DNA of 64,000 bases from an uncultured delta proteobacterium (GTDB taxonomy: Bacteria; Myxococcota_A; Polyangia; Polyangiales; B10-G4), in the NCBI GenBank assembly GCA_963727445.1, contig CAVSGI010000010.1, positions 352,001-416,000 of the forward strand. Reading direction: 5' to 3'. The notes beneath the pieces are model-generated. The model ran no database searches. It saw nothing but the letters and a program-made list of their open reading frames with translations, and was not told the origin of the DNA. This document shows, piece by piece, positions 40,000 through 49,361 of the stretch; the stretch's first letter is position 1; each line of letters starts with the position of its first letter. A program made the position numbers and the translations under genes.

Positions 40000-41691
40000 T
40001 CACGCGAGCGAGCCGTGCACCAGCGCGCCGCCCACCCAGGTGGCGCGCACCCGCGCTCTCGCGAGGCTGTCCTCGTCGAGGCGCCGATCGATGACTACGG
40101 CGTCGGCGCGCTTGCCTTCTTCGAGCGTGCCGGCGCGGTCGCCGACGCCCGCGACCTCCGCCGCCACCCGCGTGTAGGCGGCGAGCGCCTCGAGAAGGGT
40201 CATGCGCTGCTCTGGCTCGAAGGCGTCGCCGTGCGCCGTTCGCCGCGAGACCGCCGCGCGGATCCCGTCGAGAGGATCGAATCCGTGCACCGGGTAGTCG
40301 GAGCTCGCCGCCATGGTCACTCCCGCGTCCAGGAGCCAGCGATGGGCGAGGTTGGCGATGCCCGGGATGGAGGCGGCGCTCGCATAGGTCGGGAGCGTCA
40401 CGAGGTTCGGCTGCGTGACCACCGCAGCGCCGATGCCGGCGAGGCGGCGCACCAGCGCCTCGTCGACGAAGGTGGCGTGCTCGATGCGGGCCCGGGCGAC
40501 GTCGTGGAGGCGCGCCCCCTGCTTTTCGTAGGCGCCACAGGCGATGGCGACGGCGTCGTTGCCGATGGCGTGGGTCGCCACGGCGTGACCCCGGTCGATG
40601 ATGCCCGCCACCACCCGCGCGGCGTCTTCGGCTCGGTAGATGGCGATGCCAGAGCGGATCTGCGCGCCCAGGCGGGGGGCCACGGAGAAGGTGGCGCGCA
40701 CCGGATCGAGGGAGCGCTGCCGATAGGCCAGAGACCAGGTGTTGATCATCGCGCCGAAGGTCTGCCACCAGCCCAGGCACAGCGAACAGCCGGGCGCGCC
40801 GTCGAAGACGAGCTTGATCGGACCGAAGCTCAAACGGCCCTCCTCCTCGCCGGCCGGCGGGAGCTCGAGCGCGTCCCACGGCTCCTCGAGCCACCCCGTG
40901 ACCGACACGGGCATGAGGGTGAAGCCGCCGACGAGGATCCCGCGCTGGTTCGCTTCGCGATAGAGGGCGACCAGATCCGTCGGGACCGTGGCGTCGGCGA
41001 TGTGGGTGATGCCGGCGGCGAGGAGCGCGCGTTGGTGCGCTTCGAGCTGTCGGAAGAAGCGCTCGGCGTCGCGCGCGATCAGCGCCGCGCGCGCCAGCGA
41101 CTCCACCCGGCTCATTCCACGCTCGATCAAGAGCCCGCTCGGCACCCCGCCCAGACCGCGCTCGATGTACCCCCCGTCCGGGTCCGGCGTGTGGTGGTCG
41201 ATGCCAGCGAGCGCAAGGGCGCGGCTGTTGGCCACGCCGCGATGGCAGCTGTAGTGCATGGCGAAGAGCGGGTGGTTCGGCAGCGCCTGGTCGAGCTCGT
41301 CCCGCGTCGGAGGACGTCGCTCGGCCAGCCGCATCTCGTCCCACTCGGTCGCCATGACCCACTCACCGGCGTCGATGCCCGCGGCGCTCTCGGCGAGGGT
41401 CCTCTGGAGCGAAGCGATGTCCGTCACCTCGGGCGGCGTGAGGCGGGTGAGCCCACCCCAGAGCGCGGCGAGGGAGGCGTGGTGGTGTGGGTCGACGAAG
41501 CCCGGCAGTATCGTCGCGTCTACGACCGTGGTCAGGAGCTCCTCGTCGCGTTCCGCGCTCGCCGCTTCGAGCGCGGCCCGCGCGCCCACGCCGGCCACGC
41601 GTCCATCACGAAAGAGCACGGCCTCCGCCCGCGTGTCGGCTGGGTCCATCACGCGAACGTCACCGACCAGCAGGTGGGGCTCGTCGCTCAC
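40000..41691 (-). CDS. Amidohydrolase family 3 (YtcJ-like)
   Basis: PGFVDPHHH, KLVFDG, HAIGNDAV, RIEHA, SSDYP and GTLEEGKRAD. Confidence 0.9.
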   Translation of the reverse strand: MSDEPHLLVGDVRVMDPADTRAEAVLFRDGRVAGVGARAALEAASAERDEELLTTVVDATILPGFVDPHHHASLAALWGGLTRLTPPEVTDIASLQRTLAESAAGIDAGEWVMATEWDEMRLAERRPPTRDELDQALPNHPLFAMHYSCHRGVANSRALALAGIDHHTPDPDGGYIERGLGGVPSGLLIERGMSRVESLARAALIARDAERFFRQLEAHQRALLAAGITHIADATVPTDLVALYREANQRGILVGGFTLMPVSVTGWLEEPWDALELPPAGEEEGRLSFGPIKLVFDGAPGCSLCLGWWQTFGAMINTWSLAYRQRSLDPVRATFSVAPRLGAQIRSGIAIYRAEDAARVVAGIIDRGHAVATHAIGNDAVAIACGAYEKQGARLHDVARARIEHATFVDEALVRRLAGIGAAVVTQPNLVTLPTYASAASIPGIANLAHRWLLDAGVTMAASSDYPVHGFDPLDGIRAAVSRRTAHGDAFEPEQRMTLLEALAAYTRVAAEVAGVGDRAGTLEEGKRADAVVIDRRLDEDSLARARVRATWVGGALVHGSLA

Positions 41692-41699
41692 GAGTTAGT

Positions 41700-42588
41700 C
41701 TAAGGTGTGAAATCGGCGGAGGTGCGCGGCATGATCCGGCGATTGTCGTAGCGATAGGATGTGACGCCGGTGATCCCGAGATTCGCCGATGTGCGAGAGC
41801 CAGTCGGCGGACTCGTAGACGTAGTCGGCGACCAGGACGCTGTTTGACGTCGAGGAGACCTGCCAGACGTCGGTGTCGGTACACGCCGGGTTGTCCGCGG
41901 TGCAGTCGTAGAACGAAAGATAGGTGGAGGCGTCGGTGATGTGCACCAGCACGCCCTCGTAGGCTTCGGAGGCCGCCATGGCGACGGTCACGTTCGTCGG
42001 GACGATCGGCGTCCCTGCGCCGAGGCGGGTGATGGTGGCCGACTCGATCTCGGTGTCGCCGTAGTACTCCATGTAGGTGCCCGTGACATCGACGCGATCG
42101 CCGACGGAGACGGTGGGGGCGGTGCCCTCGTACACCTTCACCCCGGAATAGGTGGGGCCGAGACTCGGGTCCTGCACCCAGGCGCCGCCGCTGTAGAGCG
42201 CGGTGACGATGACGCCGCTGAAAGTGACGGTGGTGCCTTCCGCGACGCGGCCACGCTGCACGTCCTCGATGGTGACGGCGGGGGTGCCGGTGTCCATCGG
42301 CACGACCGTGGTGTCGGGCACGGAGCTGTCGACCGGGGGCGTGCCAGTGTCCATCGGCACCACGGTGGTGTCGGGCGCGGAGCTGTCGACCGGGGGTGTG
42401 CTGGTGTCCATCACGCTGCCGTCCGTGGGGGGCGCATCGGCGGTTGCGTCCGGGATTGCGGAGTCGACGGTCACCGAGGTGTCGTTGGGAAGCTCGGCAT
42501 CCCCGGCGACGCGACGACGGCCCCCGCCGCCGTTGCACGCCCCGAGGAGGGGCACCACCAGAATGAAAGCGAGGAGGAGACGCACCAT
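41700..42588 (-). CDS. Lipoprotein with tandem OB-fold-like domains (probable frameshift near 41780)
   Basis: Lipobox LLGAC, Asp/Thr/Pro linker, 'VSVGDRVDVTG...EYYGDTEI' and 'EAYEGVLV'. An alternative frame supplies the expected end GITGVTSYRYDNRRIMPRTSADFTP*. Confidence 0.7.
42282..42411 (-). repeat. About 57-bp tandem repeat encoding the linker MDT(S/G)TPPVDSS(A/V)PDTTVVP
   Basis: Two near-identical copies plus a partial third. Confidence 0.75.
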
Positions 42589-42632
42589 GCCGCCGATTCT
42601 ACGTCGGCCATCGCCTCGGCTTCCCCTGAATT

Positions 42633-43796
42633 TCACCCGTCGAGGACCTCGCGCGCGATCACCATCCGCTGCACTTCGCTCGTTCCCTCGTAGATCCGGG
42701 TGACCCGAGCGTCGCGGTAGTACCGCTCGACGGGATATTCGCGCGAGTATCCATATCCGCCGTGGAGCTGCACCGCATGGTCCACCACGCGGCCGCAGGT
42801 CTCCGAGGCGAAGAGCTTCGCCATCGAGCTCTCCATGCGCGCCCGATGGCCCTCGTCCAGGCGCCGCGCGGCACGGATCATCAGAAGCCAGGCCGCATCG
42901 AGCTCGGTTCGACAGTTCGCGAGGACGAAGCGCGTGTTCTGGAAGTCGGACAGCCGCTGGCCGAAGGCGCGTCGCTCCTGCACGTAGGCGACCGCTTCTC
43001 CCATCGCGGCCTCGGCGATCCCGATCGACTGCGCCGCGATCCCGATCCGTCCCGCCGCGAGGGCCGACAGAGCGATCGCATAGCCCTCACCCTCGCCGCC
43101 GATGCGCTGGTCCTCGCGCACGCGGCACCCATCGAAGTGGAGCGCGACCGTCCCCGAGGAGCGAAGACCCATCTTGTCTTCTTCGGCGCCCACGTGGAGC
43201 CCCGGGGTTCCCTTCTCGACGATGAACGCGCTGATGCCGCGCGATCCCGCGTCGGGATCCGTCTTGGCGAAGACCAGGTGGATCCCGGCGTGGGCGCCGC
43301 TGGTGATCCACATCTTCTGACCGTTGAGCACGTAGGAGTCGCCCTCCTTCGTCGCCGTGGTGCGGATGCCGCCCGCGTCGGAGCCGGCCCCGGGCTCCGT
43401 CAACGCGAAGCTCGCGGGGCCGAGCTTGCCGCGGGCGTAGGGCCGGAGCCATCGATCCCGCTGCCCGTCGGAGCCGTGGTCGGCGAGGATCTTCGTCGAC
43501 AGATTGCTCGAGGCCAGGATGACCGCCGTGGAAGCGCACGCCTCGGCGATGGCCTCCATGGCGAGCACGTAGCCCACGTTGTCGGTGCCCGAGCCCTCGT
43601 CCTGCTCGGACACCTTCATCGCGAGGAGCCCCATCTCCGCCAGCTCGCCGAAGAGGTCGTGGGGGTAGGCCGCCTTTCGATCTCGTTCCGCCGCGCCGGG
43701 AGCCAGGCGGTTTCGGGCGAAGGTCCGTGCAGCGTCGCGGATGAGGAGCTGCTCCTCGGTGGGATGGAAGGAGAGTCGTTCGAAGACGTCGGCCAT
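42633..43796 (-). CDS. Acyl-CoA dehydrogenase (short/branched-chain type)
   Basis: FALTEPGAGSDA, NGQKMWITSG, EDKMGLR, GRIGIAAQ, QLHGGYGY and IYEGTSEVQR. Confidence 0.95.
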   Translation of the reverse strand: MADVFERLSFHPTEEQLLIRDAARTFARNRLAPGAAERDRKAAYPHDLFGELAEMGLLAMKVSEQDEGSGTDNVGYVLAMEAIAEACASTAVILASSNLSTKILADHGSDGQRDRWLRPYARGKLGPASFALTEPGAGSDAGGIRTTATKEGDSYVLNGQKMWITSGAHAGIHLVFAKTDPDAGSRGISAFIVEKGTPGLHVGAEEDKMGLRSSGTVALHFDGCRVREDQRIGGEGEGYAIALSALAAGRIGIAAQSIGIAEAAMGEAVAYVQERRAFGQRLSDFQNTRFVLANCRTELDAAWLLMIRAARRLDEGHRARMESSMAKLFASETCGRVVDHAVQLHGGYGYSREYPVERYYRDARVTRIYEGTSEVQRMVIAREVLDG

Positions 43797-43914
43797 GCGT
43801 CATGTTCGCGGTGCGACGCCGGCAGCGCGAGTCCATCGGGTGAGCACCCTCACCTGGGGCCGAAAGAGCTCAGGAAGCGGTAGGCCTCGCGACGGGGGAG
43901 GCCCATTTTCGCAA

Positions 43915-44601
43915 TCAACCACCCGCGCTACAGGCGCCCTCCCCGGTCACCGCGCTGTAATCGCCCTCGTCCCCACAGCGGAGCTCGCACGTGGCGCCGT
44001 CGGCGCACGACAGGGTGCAGTCGGCCTCGCAGGTGACGCGGCAGGTCGCGCCCATGCGGCAGCTCACGCCGGCTTCATCGGTGAGGGTCAGCTCGCAGTC
44101 GGCGGCTTCACAGCGGACGTTGGCGTCAGAGCCGACGGTGCCGACGCAACGGCTGCCCGACGCGCAGCCGATCTGCGCGTCGGTGCCCGAGACCGCGAGG
44201 TTGCACTCTGCGCCCGTCTCGCAGATCACGTCGGCGCCGTCGCCACTGGCCATCACATCGCACGTCGACATGGAAGCGCAGTCGATACCGCTATCTCTGC
44301 CCATCGAGTGCACGCTGCAGTCCGAGCCCATCGTGCAATCGACGTCGCAGATCTCCATGCCGCAGTCCACGGCGCACGAGGTCGCATCCGAGCACGAGAG
44401 CTGGCACGGCGCCCCCGGAGTCGTCATGTCGGGACAGTCCAGCCTGCAGGTCCCGATCGCACGGCAGGTGCACGAAGCGCCCGTGCATGGGCATGCAGGT
44501 CCCGGGCACGTCGAGACCAGTCCGGGGGCGTCGTCGGTGCCACACCCCAGGAGCAACGACAACCCGAGGGCGGTGATGCAGCTCCAAGCGACGCGCGTCA
44601 T
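43915..44601 (-). CDS. Cys-rich lipoprotein
   Basis: GGAG RBS, lipobox LLGC and regular 'C....C.V.C' repeats. Confidence 0.75.
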   Translation of the reverse strand: MTRVAWSCITALGLSLLLGCGTDDAPGLVSTCPGPACPCTGASCTCRAIGTCRLDCPDMTTPGAPCQLSCSDATSCAVDCGMEICDVDCTMGSDCSVHSMGRDSGIDCASMSTCDVMASGDGADVICETGAECNLAVSGTDAQIGCASGSRCVGTVGSDANVRCEAADCELTLTDEAGVSCRMGATCRVTCEADCTLSCADGATCELRCGDEGDYSAVTGEGACSAGG

Positions 44602-44671
44602 TGTCTCCAGATGAGTCACGGTCGGGGCCGCCGTTGATCAACGCAGCGGCGCCCGCGCTCGGGGGCTGGGC

Positions 44672-45760
44672 TCAGTCGGGGCTGCAGAAGCCCGCGCTAC
44701 AGGCCAGATCGCCTCGGCAGACGTTGCCACAGCGCCCGCAGTTGAAGTCGCTGGTCGAAAGGTCGCGGCACGAGGTTCCGCACCGGACTTCCGCGCCTGG
44801 GCAGTCCTGGCAGGTGCCGCCATTGCATTCCTGTCGCGGGCCGCACGTCGTGCCGCATGTGCCACAGTTCGCCGGGTCGGTGTCGGTGTCGACGCACGCG
44901 CCGCTGCATTCGGTGAGTCCAACCATGCAAGCGGACTCACACGATCCCGCGTTGCAGACCATGCTGGCGCTACAGACCGTTCCGCAGTCGCCGCAGTTCA
45001 TCGGGTCGGTGTTCGTGTTCACGCACATCATGGAGCAAGCATCGGTTCCGCCGAAGCATCGGAGCTCGCAGGTCCTGCCGTTGCAGATCTCACCGGCCGG
45101 GCAGACGGCGCCGCAGGCGCCACAGTTCGTCGGGTCGCTCATCAGGTTCGTGCAGCGACCTGCGCAGAGGTCCGACGTATCGCCCATGCACGCCGTGCAC
45201 GATCCATCGACGCACCCTTCGCCCATGGCGCAAGTGACGCCGCAACCGCCACAGTTGGCCGGATCGAAAGCGGTGTCGACACAGGTGCCGCTGCAGTCCG
45301 TGAGCGGGCCGCCGCACGTTCCTGCGCACGTCCCCGACGAGCACACCTCGCCCGATGCGCAAGCGGTGCCGCAGGTGCCGCAGTTCATGACGTCTGCCAG
45401 AGGATTCACGCAGGAGCCGCCGCAGCTGATTGTCGGCGGGCTGCAGCCCATGGTGCCGCCATCGCCAGTGCCGCCATCGCCCACGGCACCGTCACCGGTG
45501 GCGCCATCACCAGCGCCGCCATCGCCCACGGCGCCGTCTCCGGTGGCGCCATCACCGGCGGCGCCATCACCGATGGCGCCATCACCGGTAGCACCGTCGC
45601 CCACGGCACCATCACCAGCCGCGTCGCCGCCGCCGTCCATGCCGATGCTGCTGTCGGAGCCTCCTCCATCGCCGCTCGCGTCGCCCGGGGGCTCGTCTCC
45701 ACCGCCGCATCCACCGAGGATCAAGAGCGCACCGACGACGGCCGCGAGGAGCTCACGCAT
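44672..45760 (-). CDS. MXAN_6577-like Cys-rich lipoprotein with a GDGA(T/V) linker
   Basis: GGAGGT RBS, lipobox LGGC and repeats of 'C.D...DP.NCG.CG..C..GE.C..G.C'. Confidence 0.85.
   Translation of the reverse strand: MRELLAAVVGALLILGGCGGGDEPPGDASGDGGGSDSSIGMDGGGDAAGDGAVGDGATGDGAIGDGAAGDGATGDGAVGDGGAGDGATGDGAVGDGGTGDGGTMGCSPPTISCGGSCVNPLADVMNCGTCGTACASGEVCSSGTCAGTCGGPLTDCSGTCVDTAFDPANCGGCGVTCAMGEGCVDGSCTACMGDTSDLCAGRCTNLMSDPTNCGACGAVCPAGEICNGRTCELRCFGGTDACSMMCVNTNTDPMNCGDCGTVCSASMVCNAGSCESACMVGLTECSGACVDTDTDPANCGTCGTTCGPRQECNGGTCQDCPGAEVRCGTSCRDLSTSDFNCGRCGNVCRGDLACSAGFCSPD
45460..45625 (-). repeat. 15-bp degenerate tandem repeat encoding GDGA(T/V/I/A) pentapeptides
   Basis: About 11 copies visible in both DNA and protein. 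Confidence 0.75.
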
Positions 45761-45824
45761 CATTACCTCCTGAGAGAACGAGACAGGAGTGAGTCGCGGT
45801 AGCTCCCGTCGTCGATCAAAGAAT

Positions 45825-46421
45825 TCAGAAATTGGAAGCGCAGGCCGCGCCATCGACGCAGATGGGATCGGTCGTGGTGGGATAGGTGCAGCACGTGCGG
45901 GTTCCGCAGAGGCTGCAGGGACAGGTCGTACAGGGCGCCGGGCGGAAAGGCACGCAGGTCCCGGCCGCGCACACGGTGCCTGCTCCGCAGCGCCGCTCGC
46001 ACTCCCCGCAGTGCAGCGGGTGTGAGCTCAGGTCCACGCATCCGCTGTCGCACATGCTGGTTCCCGCGGGACAGCTGGCCACACAGGCGCCTCCACTGCA
46101 GAGGGTGGGGCACGAGGTGCCGATCGCCCCGCAGTTTTCCCCATCCGATGCGGGGTCGATGCAGCCCTCGTCCCCACGCACGAGTCCCTGCCGGCACACG
46201 CAGACGCCGTCGACGCAGTACTCGTCGTCCTGACAGTGCACGGCGGCCGCGCCACAGCGCTCCGGATCGCGATCCGTGACGCTCACCGGCGTCGAGTCTG
46301 CGCCCGCATCGTTCGACGCATCGCTCGTGGTCGCCGCGTCCTGAGCGAAGAGAACGAGCTGTTGATCACCGCATCCTGCGGCCAACGACAAGAAGAGGAA
46401 GAAGGCGGAGGTGAGCCTCAC
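45825..46421 (-). CDS. MXAN_6577-like Cys-rich lipoprotein
   Basis: GTG start overlapping the FecR stop, lipobox LAAGC and 'CVDLSSHPLHCGEC'. Confidence 0.75.
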   Translation of the reverse strand: MRLTSAFFLFLSLAAGCGDQQLVLFAQDAATTSDASNDAGADSTPVSVTDRDPERCGAAAVHCQDDEYCVDGVCVCRQGLVRGDEGCIDPASDGENCGAIGTSCPTLCSGGACVASCPAGTSMCDSGCVDLSSHPLHCGECERRCGAGTVCAAGTCVPFRPAPCTTCPCSLCGTRTCCTYPTTTDPICVDGAACASNF

Positions 46422-47557
46422 TCCGCGCCGGTTTCCGATTCTCGCGCCACGGCGCGTGCCTGGGGAGAGCTCGGGTGTCGGCTCTGCAGCGTGTCGATGG
46501 CGCGAGCGCGCGCGGCGGCCTCGCCCAGACGACCGTGGGCGTCCGCCTCGAGGAAGAGCGCCTCGGCGTCGAGCCTTCCTTCGGCAAACCGACGTGCGCG
46601 CTCGGACAGGGCGCGGAGGGCACCGCGTCCATCGCCCGCGCGAAGTTCGAGGCGCGCGAGGCGTATCCAGGCAGCTTCGGCCACCGCCCCGTGTCCCCGT
46701 CCCACCTGACGGAAGATGCGGCGCGCGGCCTCGTGCTGCCCTTCGCGCCACAGTGATTCGGCCTCGCCGAGGAGCGCCCCCGGCGCCGGTGCGGGAGGCG
46801 GCACGTCGGCGCGGGCGGCAGCTGCGCTGGTGTCGTGATGCGCGGGGGCTGCGGGGCGCCAGTTGGTTTCGAGTCCGTCTCCCCTGCCGACTCCGTCTCC
46901 GTCTTCGACTCGGTCTGCGACCCCGTCTCCGTCTCCGCGTCCATCTCCGGCCGCGGCCATCGCCAACTCGCGGCCCAGGGACCAACGCTCGCCATCCCGC
47001 AGGTGGATCTCCCGGTTCTCCGGGGCGGTGACCACCACGTGGCCCTCTTCCACTTCCACCGAAACCTCGCCGTCGTGTCGAGTGACGGAGAAGCGGGTGC
47101 CCCAGACCTCGACCGCCACCGGACCGGCGGCGACGCGGAGTAGGCCGCCGCCGAGGTCGTCGGCCCGCACGTCCACCCGACCCTCGTCGAGATGGAGGAT
47201 CGTGGTGCAGGGGTCGGGCGCCTCCAGGCTGACCGTGCCCTCCACGGTCACCGCGCCGCGTGCGCCCAGATCCAGTCGCGAGCCCATTCGGTTCGCCTCG
47301 GCAGGCGTCCACGACATGCACGCATTCGCGGTGGGCTCTGGCGGCGGCGGCGCGAGGGCGAAGGCCACTGCGGCGGCAGCGGCGAGCGCGGAGACGCCGA
47401 CGCCGATCATCACCCGACGTCGCTGTCGCGCGGCGTGGACGAAGTCCGGCCCATCCCGTCGCATCGACTCCACCACGCGGCGTCGCGCGGCGTCCGAGAG
47501 CTCGGGCGTCGCTTCATCGGCGAGCTTGCCGAGGCGATCGCGAAGGTCGTCCCTCAT
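46418..47557 (-). CDS. FecR-domain anti-sigma factor with a C-terminal TPR-like region
   Basis: TM segment, LDEGRV, 'VEVWGTRFSV' and 'VEVEEGHV', then a helical C-terminus. Confidence 0.85.
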   Translation of the reverse strand: MRDDLRDRLGKLADEATPELSDAARRRVVESMRRDGPDFVHAARQRRRVMIGVGVSALAAAAAVAFALAPPPPEPTANACMSWTPAEANRMGSRLDLGARGAVTVEGTVSLEAPDPCTTILHLDEGRVDVRADDLGGGLLRVAAGPVAVEVWGTRFSVTRHDGEVSVEVEEGHVVVTAPENREIHLRDGERWSLGRELAMAAAGDGRGDGDGVADRVEDGDGVGRGDGLETNWRPAAPAHHDTSAAAARADVPPPAPAPGALLGEAESLWREGQHEAARRIFRQVGRGHGAVAEAAWIRLARLELRAGDGRGALRALSERARRFAEGRLDAEALFLEADAHGRLGEAAARARAIDTLQSRHPSSPQARAVARESETGAE

Positions 47558-48162
47558 GGCTCGCCCTCCACCAGCTCGCGCAGGACGGGATCGCGTCGCG
47601 CCGCGGCGACGAGCTCCCGCCGGGCGTGCCAGATGCGCGAGCGCACCGTGTGTTCCTTGGTGCCCGTGAGCTCGGCTATCTCCGCGGGTGTCATCCCTTC
47701 GAAGACGTAGAGCGTGAGCGCGATGCGCTTCTTGGGCTTGATCCCGTCGAGGGCGCGGTGGACGCGACGCATCCGATCACGGACGAGGGTTTCCCGCTCC
47801 GGGTCGATGTGCTCTTCGGCGACCACGTCGAGGGGCATGGGCGCCCGCCGCCGCGTCCACGCCGAAGGCCTGAGCGCCCTGCGCGCGACGCGCACCGTGA
47901 TGCCGCCCACGAAGGTCGAGAGCTTGCTCTCGCTGCGGAAGGAGGGGAGCGCCCGACAGAGCTCCACGAAGACGTTCTGCACCAGGTCCTCGAGGTCCTC
48001 GCGGGGACCGAGGATACGGGCGAGAAGGCGCTCGACCCGGGGAAGCTCCTCCTGGGCGATGAGACCCAGCGCCTCCCCGTCTCCGGCTTTCGCCCGCGCC
48101 ACGAGATCGGCTTCGGAATCACGAATGGCCACGGTCGCCGGCGCTGGGAGGAGAGCCACCAC
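47554..48162 (-). CDS. ECF RNA polymerase sigma factor
   Basis: EDLVQNVF, FRSESKLSTFV and EIAELTGTKEHTVRSRIWHAR. Start is uncertain. Confidence 0.9.
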   Translation of the reverse strand: MVALLPAPATVAIRDSEADLVARAKAGDGEALGLIAQEELPRVERLLARILGPREDLEDLVQNVFVELCRALPSFRSESKLSTFVGGITVRVARRALRPSAWTRRRAPMPLDVVAEEHIDPERETLVRDRMRRVHRALDGIKPKKRIALTLYVFEGMTPAEIAELTGTKEHTVRSRIWHARRELVAAARRDPVLRELVEGEP

Positions 48163-48221
48163 ATTCGTGGGTCGCGAAGGCGCGCCGGATTGATTAATCC
48201 CGTCCTCCTCGGTCCGCCGAC

Positions 48222-49322
48222 TCAATCGATCACCCAACAAATCCCGAGTTGGGCGACCAGCCTCAACGATCCTTCGGTGGCGACCACTTCCTCGAAGGCT
48301 ATCACCTTCACCGGCGAGAGCAGCCCATCGAGGCCGAGGCTCAGATGTAAGGAGAGACCCGACACCAGCGGTTGCCGGGCTTCGATCGCGAAGCCGAGGA
48401 AGGCCGTGCCGGTGCTCTCGCTGCGGGTTTGCTGGGTGGCGAGGGTGATGGTGCGCCCGTCCGCGGTGACCACCGATCCCCCCGCGCGCAAGTGAAAGAG
48501 CAGACGCGTCGCGAGGGCGCCAACGTCGACACCGACGCTCACACGGCCCCCCAGGTCGTAGCGCCGGTAGGTGGCCGCGACGTCCTCCGTTCGCCCTCCG
48601 TAGCCGCCGAAGCCCGATGCGATCAAGCCGCCGCCGACCAAGAGCGACCCGACCCGGAAGAGCATGTCTGTGAAGAGCCCGGGTTGGACCAGCCAGACGC
48701 CCGCCTGGGCAGGTGAGCCCCAGAGCTCGGCGTGCGCGCCGAGGGTGAGCATCCAGGAGCGCTTCGCGCTCTGTCCGGCGCCCGCTTCGTCCTCTGTGGC
48801 GCGCTCCCCGTCTTCGGCGGACGCCTCCTCGGTCGGTGCGCTTTCGTCCCCCTCGCTCGGAGTCGTGCCGTTGGGGGTCTCGCCCGCGACCGACGCCGTC
48901 GCGACCAGGCCGAGCACCTCCGGATCACCGCCGCTCTTGGCCACCTCGAGGAGCTCGGCGGCCACCAGCGCCATCGCATAGGCATCTTCGGCGTCCACCG
49001 CGAAGCGGCGTTCGAATCGCGCACCGTCAGAGCGCCGGAGCACCTGCACCAGGTCCAGATCGGTGGCGATGGAGATGACGTAGCCGAGCGCGTCATCGCT
49101 CTCCGCGGCGCGTAGGCGCTGCGCGTCGAATCCGTCGACACGGTGCTCGTCGGGCAGAGGCACCAGTCCGACGAATGCCTCGGACACCGCGCTCCCGGCG
49201 GTCCCCGACGTGAAGAGCGCGACCGCCTCGCTCTCGTCCGCAGCATCCTGTGCGCCTGCCGGCGCCGGGCCGAGGACGGAGAACAAGACACAAGAGAAGA
49301 AAAGCCGGGCGAGGGCACGCAT
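48222..49322 (-). CDS. Secreted hypothetical protein with a C-terminal beta-barrel-like region
   Basis: Signal peptide (AGA|Q), acidic linker and amphipathic strands to the C-terminus. Confidence 0.6.
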   Translation of the reverse strand: MRALARLFFSCVLFSVLGPAPAGAQDAADESEAVALFTSGTAGSAVSEAFVGLVPLPDEHRVDGFDAQRLRAAESDDALGYVISIATDLDLVQVLRRSDGARFERRFAVDAEDAYAMALVAAELLEVAKSGGDPEVLGLVATASVAGETPNGTTPSEGDESAPTEEASAEDGERATEDEAGAGQSAKRSWMLTLGAHAELWGSPAQAGVWLVQPGLFTDMLFRVGSLLVGGGLIASGFGGYGGRTEDVAATYRRYDLGGRVSVGVDVGALATRLLFHLRAGGSVVTADGRTITLATQQTRSESTGTAFLGFAIEARQPLVSGLSLHLSLGLDGLLSPVKVIAFEEVVATEGSLRLVAQLGICWVID

Positions 49323-49361
49323 GCCTGGTCAGAGCATAACGGGTAAGCTCGCGGAGCGCCG

